DNA of 64,000 bases from positions 168,333-232,332 of the forward strand of contig CAZXOK010000003.1 of the NCBI GenBank assembly GCA_964642175.1, read 5' to 3'. The notes beneath the pieces were generated by a model that saw nothing but the letters and a program-made list of their open reading frames with translations, was not told the DNA's origin and did not search any database. Numbering within the stretch: position 1 is the first letter of the stretch; each line of letters begins with the position of its first letter. Below are positions 1 through 8,599 of this stretch, piece by piece. This DNA comes from an uncultured Chlorobiales bacterium (lineage in GTDB: Bacteria; Bacteroidota; Chlorobiia; Chlorobiales; Chloroherpetonaceae). The translations under genes and the position numbers were made by a program.

Positions 1-651
1 ACTGGTGAGCGGCAGATTGCCGGTCAGCCGACAGGCCAGGGCAATCTGGTCGGTGCCGGTGCCGGTTGCCAGGCCGTCGGAGTAGCGCGAATTTACGCCA
101 AGCTCTTGCAATACGGCTGTCTTGGCTTCGGTTGCCGTAATAATGGCACACACCATCGCGCCTTTCGACACTTCCTGATTGATCAAAATCATCGTATTGA
201 TGGTACCATGAGGCTCACGGCCATTGGTGTGTAACGGCTCATACGTGCCGGCGTGTTCATACACCGAAGCCGGGTCGCCGGCTCTGCCTGCATTGGTTTC
301 CACACCGCCGGTGGCAATGGCTACGACTTCCAAATCGCGAAACCGCTCGGTTTCTATGCAGGCATAATTCATGTTGGCCGCCGTGCCCAGCGAAATGGTT
401 CGCTCCGGCAACTCATGCGTTTTACAAAGCGACTCCAAATACACCCCGGGCGATGAGGTGATGGATTTTAGCGACTTGCGATGGTGCGCAGCCGGTTCGC
501 ACGATTGATGATTAAACATGCACTCAATATCGTTGTGCAGACCGCCATTGGCCCGGCAGGTCGAAATTACCCGGTAAGGCGCCTTAAACCTGACGATCAC
601 AATTTTTTCGTTACGATGCACCTCGGCATCGCCATAAGTTCCTAAATGCAT
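1..651 (-). CDS. cbiZ: Adenosylcobinamide amidohydrolase CbiZ, first 217 codons (gene runs off the left edge)
   Basis: Own translation of the minus strand from the ATG at 651-649: MHLGTYGDAEVHRNEKIVIVRF...HGTINTMILINQEVSKGAMVCAIITATEAKTAVLQELGV...LATGTGTDQIALAC. This fits my memory of the CbiZ core (GTIN, ITATEAK, ATGTGTD). It is absent from the ORF track because no stop lies in the window. It starts 36 nt after the preceding gene of the same string. Confidence 0.65.
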   Translation of the reverse strand, partial: MHLGTYGDAEVHRNEKIVIVRFKAPYRVISTCRANGGLHNDIECMFNHQSCEPAAHHRKSLKSITSSPGVYLESLCKTHELPERTISLGTAANMNYACIETERFRDLEVVAIATGGVETNAGRAGDPASVYEHAGTYEPLHTNGREPHGTINTMILINQEVSKGAMVCAIITATEAKTAVLQELGVNSRYSDGLATGTGTDQIALACRLTGNLPLTS

Positions 652-687
652 GTCGCTCCTATCCTTTCTTAGCCAAATCATCATGCG

Positions 688-1971
688 TTATTTCAATTTT
701 TGGTAATACACCAGTTGATGATCGGGCAATAGTTCAGGATGAAAAATTTTGATTAAATCAGCTAAAATTATGTGCGGCTCCACCATGCCGGTTTCCCAAA
801 ACCGGTTACGACCATTATTAAAGGTTGAAGCATTATTATTATAAACCTGTCCGGTTTGTACAGCTTTAAAAATATTATAGCGTTTATCCTGTCCGATTAA
901 ATCAGAAAGCTGGGTGGTTTCCCATTGGGGATTTACCCAGAAATCGGCATTCATACCAACATTGATGGCGACTTCCAGGCTGATGATATTTTCTTCATAT
1001 TCGTTTTTGGGCTCAAGGATGTAATTAGCGCCGGCATCTAATAAATACTGCACATACCAGGCGCTGGAGCCGTGAGTTGTCCAGGCCCCTTTACGGTTAT
1101 GCCCGACAATCACGCTGGGTTTATGTTGAAGATCAGAGGTTAATTTTAAGTAGTTTTCATAACGGACTTTAATGCTATCAAAATAGGCTTTGGCGCGTTC
1201 CTGTTCATGAAAGAATTCGCCAAAAAATTTGATCCATTCCAGTGTGCCAAGCGGATGGGCTTCTAATTGGGCGCAAATCAACCCGGGTTTAATACCCATT
1301 TGCCTGATTTTTTCATGCGTATCATAGCCTGTTCCGGAGGCATAAACAAACGCCATATCGGGCTTTACATTTACCAGCGTTTCCATATTCATGTTGCTAC
1401 TCATGCCGAGCGAAGCCAGCGCGCCTTCATCAATCATGGCATGAACGCGCTCATTTCCAACGCGGTTTTTACCAGATACGCCCTGAAGGTCATGAAAATG
1501 GCCAAGAATATCAATTAAGGACACATGAAAACCGCTGGCGCAAGTGTAGGTTTTTATCGGGGTGCGAACAAGCTCGTCGTATTCAACACCTTGGGGAACA
1601 GGGCTGTTTTTGGGGACTAATAAATATCTGAACCACAACCCTCGTTTGCGATGCGCTGGTTTTACAATATCTATAATTCGGCAGCCATTTTGAAGCCGGG
1701 TAATGGTGAATCGCTCGGCGTATTCCGGATGAAGTGTTTTGCCGGAAATAGGCGCAAGCGGCGCTGCAAAAATGTTTGGGATAACAGGACTAATAAAAAG
1801 TCCAAACACAAAACAGGACATGAGCAACGCCTTCAATTGCGCCAAACGATGTGGGTGTGACGGGTGTTTCAAAATCAGTTCAATTGTGTTTTCTCTGTTG
1901 AAATAGAGTATTTCGCGACATCGGTTTGGCAAACGCCGTAGCAAAAAGTTGAGCCACAGTTCGTGCCACAT
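688..1971 (-). CDS. ABC-transporter periplasmic substrate-binding protein, BtuF/FecB-like (second copy in locus)
   Basis: 427-aa ORF, paralogous to 6911..8164. The C-termini align: NNNASTFNNGRNRFWETGMVEPHIILADLIKIFHPEL vs NNNKQLNAHGGNAYWEKGVVSPHLILEDLIRILHPEI. It lies between the TonB-dependent receptor and cbiZ. The true start may be the internal Met at 1821 (MSCFVFGLFISPV, signal-like). Confidence 0.7.
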   Translation of the reverse strand: MWHELWLNFLLRRLPNRCREILYFNRENTIELILKHPSHPHRLAQLKALLMSCFVFGLFISPVIPNIFAAPLAPISGKTLHPEYAERFTITRLQNGCRIIDIVKPAHRKRGLWFRYLLVPKNSPVPQGVEYDELVRTPIKTYTCASGFHVSLIDILGHFHDLQGVSGKNRVGNERVHAMIDEGALASLGMSSNMNMETLVNVKPDMAFVYASGTGYDTHEKIRQMGIKPGLICAQLEAHPLGTLEWIKFFGEFFHEQERAKAYFDSIKVRYENYLKLTSDLQHKPSVIVGHNRKGAWTTHGSSAWYVQYLLDAGANYILEPKNEYEENIISLEVAINVGMNADFWVNPQWETTQLSDLIGQDKRYNIFKAVQTGQVYNNNASTFNNGRNRFWETGMVEPHIILADLIKIFHPELLPDHQLVYYQKLK

Positions 1972-2111
1972 GGGTTTTTAAATAGTTTGCGTATGTGTTG
2001 AATCATAAAGTGTATTTCCATCGGTTCAAGGTTTTTAAACTTCTCCAAAGCCCTGCCAATTAACCATGGCTGTAAAAAGCAGGGCAGAAGAAGCGTCGGT
2101 TATCAAATGGT

Positions 2112-4463
2112 TTAGAAATTAACGGCATATCTTACACCCACCGAGCGACCCGGCATGTTGTAACCATCTTTTTCGGTATAGTTCTCATCCAACATATTTT
2201 TTGAGAACACTGAAATCCGGGTTGAGTGATTGATTTTAAAGGTCACATTTGCATCAAAAACCAGCGCTGCCGGATGTGTTAATTCCTGATCGTCCAGAGT
2301 TGGTCTAGCCTCCGGATAATAAGAGAACCAGTTGCGCTCATATCGCTCACCCATATAACGAGCAGTAATTCTGGAGCTTATAAAATTGTAATCGTCGTAT
2401 TCAATGCCAAAAGTGCCGCGATTTTTGCGAACATATTGAAGGTTGCTGGTTTGGCCGTCTTCTTCTTTTTCAGCTACCAATTGATGGGTGAAATTGGCAA
2501 ATAAACGCAAAGAATAAGTAAAGTTTTTAAGCGCACCGAAATCGTAGGAGAGTTCAAACTCCAACCCCTGCAATTCGGCGTCATCTACATTTTCGTAAGT
2601 TCTGAAATTAGTTGTATCGGTGCCATTAATTTCAGTTTTCTGAACTTCTTCAATAAAATTATCCCAGGAGGTATTGAAGTAGGTAAAATCAGCCCGGAAA
2701 CCACTGTTGGCATTAGAGTAAGTGAAACCGACATCAAATGTTACGCTGGATTGCGGATCCAGATCATTGTTTCCGCGTACATCTCTGCCGCGTGAGTCGA
2801 TATAACGACCGGCTTTTTGATACGGGTTTGGTGTAACAAACGCTTTACCGGCACTGGTATGCAATTTTAAATCCGGAATAAACCGATATTGCGCGCTGAT
2901 GCTGGGATTAAAGTTTGTGTATGTTTCGGCGTCTGTATTGAGGGTGGAGTTATCGAAAAACGGTGTTTCTTTTAATTTGTAGCTGGTAATATCTAACCGC
3001 CCGCCAATATTGCTTATAAGGCGGCTGTCAAAAAATGATAGGGAAACATCTGTGAATATTCCAAATGTCGAGAGGCTTTGATTGGGTCGGTAAGGCGCTT
3101 TTTCAGTGCTGTCGCTCGAGTAGCTGTGTGCTTCTACATCGGCCAGGTTATAATCCAGACCGGTGGTGATGCGCTGATCACCCAAAGCCAAAATGTCTTG
3201 CAATTGGAACCCTAACCACTGGGTTTTTGATGTAGATGAAATGAAATCGATATCATCCTGATCATCAAAATATCGGTTTTCTTCCAGTGCCCAGTAAGGT
3301 TTGAATTTAAAGGTATGGGCACCTATAATCCCATCGAGGGTTACATCAATGGTTTGGCGTTCTACATTTTTCTGGCCGTGGCCATAAACCGCCCATACCG
3401 AACCGGGTGTGCGCACCCCATTGGCCTGATAGACTTCACCGCGGGTTTCAAGCCTTAGATTTTCTTTAAGTTCATACCCCAGGCGCAGGCTGGCCGAATT
3501 GGTGGAGTAACTGGTGTTGGCCATGGTTTCGATATCCTGCTCCAGCAACTCCGGTCCCGGATCCGAAATTAAGGTGTTGCGCCCAATCTTGTAATCATCG
3601 TTGTGATTGTAGGTGCGGCCACCCAAATCAAAATCAAGTTTGTCAGTTAAAGAACCGCCTGCATTGAATTTCCCATCCAGCGTACTAAAACTGCTATAGC
3701 TGAAATCGACGTTTCCGCGAATTTTACCTTTTGATTTTTTGGTGATAAAGTTGATCGTACCACCCATAGCTTGCGAGCCATACAGCGCCGAGCTGGGGCC
3801 TTTAATCACTTCCACACGCTCAATGGTGCTCATATCGATCGTAGCCAGGTTGGTAACACCTGCCGGACGGCCATCAATCAGGTAGGTTACATATTGATCC
3901 AATCCAGAAAATTTAGGGGTGAATCCTCGAACCGACACACCGGCCAAAACGCCCGGATATTCAATAATATCCACACCAGACGTTTTCTTTAACAGTTCGG
4001 TGGCATCCTTTGGCGCCAGCGCCTCTATATCTTCGGAGGTAACAATTTCAATTTTCCGAGGAATATCTTTTAGCTTGCTTTGCGCACGCGAGGCTTGTAC
4101 CACAATTTCATCGGTCATGTGGCTATTGGTATAAAGCTCAGCATTAATCACTGTTTTTTGATCAATATGTTTCACTTCGCGGCGATACCCTAAATAGGTA
4201 ATCACAAGCAATTTAGCATCCGTTGGCACAGAAAGGGCGTACTCACCTTTTTCATTGGTAATTGTACCCATTGAGGTGTTTTGCACACGAACAGTAGCGC
4301 CAACAAGTGGCTCGCTTGTTGTTGCACTTCGAATAACACCTGATATAATTCTTTCTTTTGCCATGGTGCTTAGTGGTAAAAGCAACATTAGACCCAATAC
4401 AAAAAGTCCAATTCGATTGGGTGTATGCCGTAATAAAATTTTGTGTTTTAAGGTTTGCTTCAT
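2112..4463 (-). CDS. TonB-dependent outer-membrane receptor with CarboxypepD_reg N-terminal domain (corrinoid context)
   Basis: 783 aa with a signal peptide, a CarboxypepD_reg-like segment (GVIRSATTSEPLVGATVRVQNTSMGTITNEKGEYALSV) and a plug (IEIVTSEDIE...VEVIKGPSSALYGSQAMGGTINFITK). The barrel ends in ...GVRYAVNF (terminal Phe). Confidence 0.85.
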   Translation of the reverse strand: MKQTLKHKILLRHTPNRIGLFVLGLMLLLPLSTMAKERIISGVIRSATTSEPLVGATVRVQNTSMGTITNEKGEYALSVPTDAKLLVITYLGYRREVKHIDQKTVINAELYTNSHMTDEIVVQASRAQSKLKDIPRKIEIVTSEDIEALAPKDATELLKKTSGVDIIEYPGVLAGVSVRGFTPKFSGLDQYVTYLIDGRPAGVTNLATIDMSTIERVEVIKGPSSALYGSQAMGGTINFITKKSKGKIRGNVDFSYSSFSTLDGKFNAGGSLTDKLDFDLGGRTYNHNDDYKIGRNTLISDPGPELLEQDIETMANTSYSTNSASLRLGYELKENLRLETRGEVYQANGVRTPGSVWAVYGHGQKNVERQTIDVTLDGIIGAHTFKFKPYWALEENRYFDDQDDIDFISSTSKTQWLGFQLQDILALGDQRITTGLDYNLADVEAHSYSSDSTEKAPYRPNQSLSTFGIFTDVSLSFFDSRLISNIGGRLDITSYKLKETPFFDNSTLNTDAETYTNFNPSISAQYRFIPDLKLHTSAGKAFVTPNPYQKAGRYIDSRGRDVRGNNDLDPQSSVTFDVGFTYSNANSGFRADFTYFNTSWDNFIEEVQKTEINGTDTTNFRTYENVDDAELQGLEFELSYDFGALKNFTYSLRLFANFTHQLVAEKEEDGQTSNLQYVRKNRGTFGIEYDDYNFISSRITARYMGERYERNWFSYYPEARPTLDDQELTHPAALVFDANVTFKINHSTRISVFSKNMLDENYTEKDGYNMPGRSVGVRYAVNF

Positions 4464-4684
4464 AGTTGTAACCCCTTTACTGATTTGATGAAATTTTCAT
4501 TTGCATTTACACCATTTATGCCCAGAATTAGCTGTTTAAGCCTCTTTAATAAAGCTTGACCTATCGAGAGCAGTCGTATTTATTACAGGCTTTATGGTGC
4601 GCAAGGTGTTGTTTGTGAAGCCGGCTTTTAAAAGAACAAGCTGCTTAATGTTATGTTTGAATGAACAATTGACTAGTCAAAAAT

Positions 4685-5758
4685 TTAATGTTGGGCTTGT
4701 ACAGCCTCTATGAGCTCGTTAATGCTCACAAAATTCTTTTCGGTTTGCTCCGAATCTGCAAAATACCGCCAGGCATCTACGCCTAAATCGCAGTTGATTT
4801 CTACTCTAGGTAGAATGGTAACATCTTGAACTACTTTATATCCCATACGTTCAAGGGCGCGCTTGGTCCAAAGCGCCAAAGCGCCTTCACCAATCAGGCC
4901 AAATTCACCTTTGGTGTGATAGTGAATATGGAACGAGCCGGTATTGCGGTCGAATTTGAATCCGTGCCGGGCAAACGCTTCTTCAAACTTGCCGTTTAAT
5001 ATCAGCTCTTCGGGCATCCCCGACATAAGAGCGCTTTTGTACTTTTTCTCTTTTGATTTCAGGACTTGCATCAGCCAGATTTTATCGGCGGCTTGCAAGG
5101 CCAAATCCAGTTCATGGGTCGACATCAAAATGCTTTTGCCTTTTTCATGCGTGAGCTTTCTTAGCAGCCTGATGATTTCAATTCGATTCGGCAGATCCAA
5201 ATGCGCAGTGGGTTCATCCAACAGGATAATTGAGGTATCCTGAGCCAGCGCCCGAGCGATCATCACCTTCTGGCGTTCGCCGTCGCTTAAGTCGCTGATA
5301 TGCGCATTGGCAAACGGCGCGGTGCCGGTTATTTCAATGGCTTCGCGGACTATTTTTTCATCCTCCTCCGAGAGTTTGCCCATCCACCCGGTATAGGGCG
5401 AGCGGCCTAATGCCACCAAGGCATAGACAGAAAGATTACCGATACTCACACGATCGGTAAGTACTACGCTCAGGTTAAGGGCAATCTCTTTGGCTGAAAG
5501 TTTTTTAAGCGGTTTGCCAAGCAGTTCAACCCGACCGGAAAGCGGCGATTGAATGCCCGACATGGTGCGCATTAATGTGGATTTGCCAGAACCATTTGGC
5601 CCCAAAAGGCATACCAACTCACCCTGGTTTAACTTTAAATTCAATTCACTAGCTATTTCACTCTTGCGGCCATGACTCGTTTGCTCAAAAAATTTTGAAT
5701 TTTTTTTCTGGTGATAGCCAATCGTAAGGTCTTTTATGTTTAATACATCTGTGGTCAT
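4685..5758 (-). CDS. ABC transporter ATP-binding protein (BtuD/FepC family) with about 95-aa C-terminal extension
   Basis: Walker A GPNGSGKST, signature LSDGERQ, Walker B IILLDEPTAHLD. There is a 4-nt ATGA overlap with the upstream permease. At 357 aa it is much longer than a minimal ABC ATPase. Confidence 0.85.
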   Translation of the reverse strand: MTTDVLNIKDLTIGYHQKKNSKFFEQTSHGRKSEIASELNLKLNQGELVCLLGPNGSGKSTLMRTMSGIQSPLSGRVELLGKPLKKLSAKEIALNLSVVLTDRVSIGNLSVYALVALGRSPYTGWMGKLSEEDEKIVREAIEITGTAPFANAHISDLSDGERQKVMIARALAQDTSIILLDEPTAHLDLPNRIEIIRLLRKLTHEKGKSILMSTHELDLALQAADKIWLMQVLKSKEKKYKSALMSGMPEELILNGKFEEAFARHGFKFDRNTGSFHIHYHTKGEFGLIGEGALALWTKRALERMGYKVVQDVTILPRVEINCDLGVDAWRYFADSEQTEKNFVSINELIEAVQAQH

Positions 5759-6954
5759 GAAAATGAAGCTTTAAGGTTACGGTTTTTCATAATTACCCAA
5801 ATCACAATCGGCGAGCCGACCAAAGCCGTCACTGCATTGATAGGCAGCGTGGTTTGGCTGCCGGGCAGTTGGGCGATGATGTCGCAGATCAGCATCAAAA
5901 GCGCGCCCATGAGCGCCGAACTTGGAATTAAAAACCGGTGATCCGATGTATTCAGTAAGGAGCGGGTTAAATGAGGCACGGCAATCCCGATAAATCCAAT
6001 CGGGCCGCAAAATCCGGTTACACTACCGGCCAGCAGACTGGTAGCTAAAATGACCGTTATTCTCAGGTAAGAGGTGCTCAGGCCCATGCTCCGGGCATAA
6101 TTTTCACCCAAGAGCATCACATTAAGGGATTTTGAGGCGATCATCGATACAAACAATCCGGAAATCACAACAACGCTAAGCAATACCAATTGATCTTCAA
6201 TTACACCGCCCAGGCTTCCGAATGTCCAGATCAAATAATCCTGTATTTCTTCCGGTGAACTGAAGTATTGCCAAACACTAATGAGTGAAATGGTTACGTT
6301 GCCCACCATGATACCCACGATCAGCAAAACAATGTTGTCTTTGATTTGCATGGAAATGCCCAAAATAATCAGCAACACCAGCGCCGATCCCATGGTTGAA
6401 GCCAGAACGATCAGCCAACTGCCGCTTATCCCAAGTTGCTTGATGGCAAAGGCGTTGGTGGCCGCGCCGGAGGCCAGCATCACAATAGCCACGCCCAGGC
6501 TGGCTCCGGCAGTGATACCCAAAACCGACGGTCCGGCAAGCGGATTGCGAAACAAGGTTTGCATTTGAAGGCCGCCAACCGACAGCGCCGCGCCGGCAAG
6601 TATGGCCGTAAAACCTTTTGGCAGGCGAATGTATTCTATAATTTTTTGCCAGGCGATATTTTCATGCTCGTTGTGCCACAAAATTGTTATCACATCGCCG
6701 ATAGGAATTTTTACAGAGCCCAGGGCCAGATCAAAAACAAAAAACACCACTACGGCCAGCGCCAGGGAAGCGATCAAGCTGAATTTTGGCGCCAATCTTG
6801 GCCACTCCTGAGATCCGGGATTTATCTCAGAATGATTTTTGGGGGTTAAAACATTGGGTTTTGATTGCTTTTCTGTCACTTCTTCTTGAACTGAATCGGG
6901 CATTACTTCTTTATTTAATCTGTCTGTAAAAATGGTAATCGCTATTTGAGTCAA
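5755..6954 (-). CDS. FecCD-family ABC permease (BtuC-like)
   Basis: Polytopic hydrophobic protein with FecCD-like motifs (LFRNPLAGPSVLGITAGASLG, LLGENYARSMG). The likely true start is Met at 6903 (MPDSVQEE), which removes the overlap with the upstream binding protein. Confidence 0.85.
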   Translation of the reverse strand: MTQIAITIFTDRLNKEVMPDSVQEEVTEKQSKPNVLTPKNHSEINPGSQEWPRLAPKFSLIASLALAVVVFFVFDLALGSVKIPIGDVITILWHNEHENIAWQKIIEYIRLPKGFTAILAGAALSVGGLQMQTLFRNPLAGPSVLGITAGASLGVAIVMLASGAATNAFAIKQLGISGSWLIVLASTMGSALVLLIILGISMQIKDNIVLLIVGIMVGNVTISLISVWQYFSSPEEIQDYLIWTFGSLGGVIEDQLVLLSVVVISGLFVSMIASKSLNVMLLGENYARSMGLSTSYLRITVILATSLLAGSVTGFCGPIGFIGIAVPHLTRSLLNTSDHRFLIPSSALMGALLMLICDIIAQLPGSQTTLPINAVTALVGSPIVIWVIMKNRNLKASFS

Positions 6955-8164
6955 ACAGTGATGAGCGAATTTCAGGGTGCAAAATGCGAATCAAATCTTC
7001 CAGTATCAGGTGCGGGCTTACCACCCCTTTTTCCCAATAGGCATTGCCTCCGTGGGCATTGAGTTGTTTATTGTTATTGAACACCAGGTTGTTTTTTACC
7101 GGTTGAAACTCTCTGTAGCGGTCATCTATAGCCAGAAGATCCGACATGGATGTTACCGTGCCGGTATTCAGCCAGTAATCAGCCGTTAAGGCAATCGGGA
7201 ATACTGATTCAATGCTTAACTGCAGGCTTCCGGTTACTTTTTTGTCTTTCCAGTGGTAATCCCCACCGGCGTCTTTAATAAGCTGCGCCACATAACTTTC
7301 GCCGCCGGGAACAAACCAGGCATCTTTGCGAGACAGGCCCGGCAATATGCTGGGTTTTTGAGTAACTGTATCGGTTAAGGCTACCAGGTTTTTGTATTGG
7401 GATTCAATTTTAGAAAACACTTGGGCCATTTGTGTTTCCCGGTTGGTGAGTGCAGCCATGATTTTTGCCCATTCGGTTCTGCCTAGCGGAGATTGTTCCA
7501 GCCATTCAGCAATCAGAATTACGGGAATATTGGCGTCAATCAATGTTTTATACCTGGCATATTGAACAGCAGGCAATGCTGTAACCATGACCAGTTCGGG
7601 ATTTGTTTCCAGGATGATTTCCAGATTCGGGCTGAAGGCATTTCCTATTTCATTGATTTTACCATCTGAAATACGGCGCCGGATTTTTTTTGAATTGATG
7701 ATATCGGGATCAGAAACGCCAACCACTAAATCGTCCAGATCCAATAAACTCAACAGCCCAATTTGGGTAGTAGAAAAAATGCAAACGCGCTCAACCGGTG
7801 TTCGGATAAGTTGAAAGTCTTTGTAAGCTTCAGGTACGGCCATTTTTTTTGGAACCAGGGCGTATTGGAGAGTATCGTTTCGATCCTGAAGGCCATTATA
7901 AATGGAGAGAATTTTTATATCATCCTGGTATGAAATGCCAAATCCTTTGGCATATTTGATGTCTTGTTGCGCTAAAGAAGAATCAGCTGAGGCAATTTGC
8001 GTTAAGGCTAAATCGTGCTTATCGGAGGTGGTATTTTCTTTTGTACATCCAAAAAAGAAAAAACTGCTAACGAGAGCGAAGAGTATGGATATGGTGCGGT
8101 AGGGATTATCAGAAGACCTGCCGCACAGTTCTCCCGAAAAAGGAGAAATTAGGCGCTTTTTCAT
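6911..8164 (-). CDS. ABC-transporter substrate-binding lipoprotein, BtuF/FecB-like (first gene after the riboswitch)
   Basis: 417 aa with a lipobox (LVSSFFFFGC) and a periplasmic-binding-protein type 2 pattern. It lies directly downstream of the cobalamin riboswitch on the same strand. Confidence 0.75.
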   Translation of the reverse strand: MKKRLISPFSGELCGRSSDNPYRTISILFALVSSFFFFGCTKENTTSDKHDLALTQIASADSSLAQQDIKYAKGFGISYQDDIKILSIYNGLQDRNDTLQYALVPKKMAVPEAYKDFQLIRTPVERVCIFSTTQIGLLSLLDLDDLVVGVSDPDIINSKKIRRRISDGKINEIGNAFSPNLEIILETNPELVMVTALPAVQYARYKTLIDANIPVILIAEWLEQSPLGRTEWAKIMAALTNRETQMAQVFSKIESQYKNLVALTDTVTQKPSILPGLSRKDAWFVPGGESYVAQLIKDAGGDYHWKDKKVTGSLQLSIESVFPIALTADYWLNTGTVTSMSDLLAIDDRYREFQPVKNNLVFNNNKQLNAHGGNAYWEKGVVSPHLILEDLIRILHPEIRSSLFDSNSDYHFYRQIK

Positions 8165-8194
8165 GTTTATACGCTTTCACCTGAAGCTTTAATT

Positions 8195-8385
8195 GAAAAT
8201 ATGTCCTCACGGCAGGTCTTCTGACTTACCCGAATCCTGGCTTCCTTCCCATTACAAAGTAATAGTGGCTATTTGCCGGATTGCTTCATAAAACAAACGC
8301 TTGTTTTATGCGGGATTACAGCAGCAGGGACTGTTCCGGACTCTCACCGGATTCCCTTTTAAGTTGCAAATGCAACGCCGTAATT
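8195..8385 (-). promoter_or_regulatory. Cobalamin (B12) riboswitch
   Basis: The minus strand reads ...AAAAGGGAATCCGGTGAGAGTCCGGAACAGTCCCTGCTGCTGTAA...GGGAAGGAAGCCAGGATTCGGGTAAGTCAGAAGACCTGCCGTGAGG. The core GGGAA..GGTG..TCC..CCCGC-like..CTGTAA is present, and the B12 box AGTCAGAAGACCTGCC lies at 8210-8227. The element ends about 30 nt before the ATG at 8164. Confidence 0.85.
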
Positions 8386-8599
8386 GAGATTGATTATAAC
8401 TAATCAAATAAAATGTTCCAAACAAAAAAAACACCTTTTAATTCTTACCGTTGATTAAATATAGAAAGCATAAGGGTTTAACAGTATCTGACTTCATGTC
8501 GAACGTAGGGAAACATAATCTTTGGTTTGATTTAAATCATGTTTTATCGTTTTTTAGTACCTTCTGCGTTACTGGCTGATTTATTGAATTTGTTGTGAT

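Noticed and set aside
4464-4684. Possible second cobalamin riboswitch or terminator in the 220-nt gap between the ABC ATPase and the TonB-dependent receptor.
   Set aside because: I scanned both strands for a B12 box (AGYCAGGAGACCTGCC-like) or the GGGAA..GGTG core and found none. The only structure is the 10-nt palindrome AAGCCGGCTT, which is too short to call.
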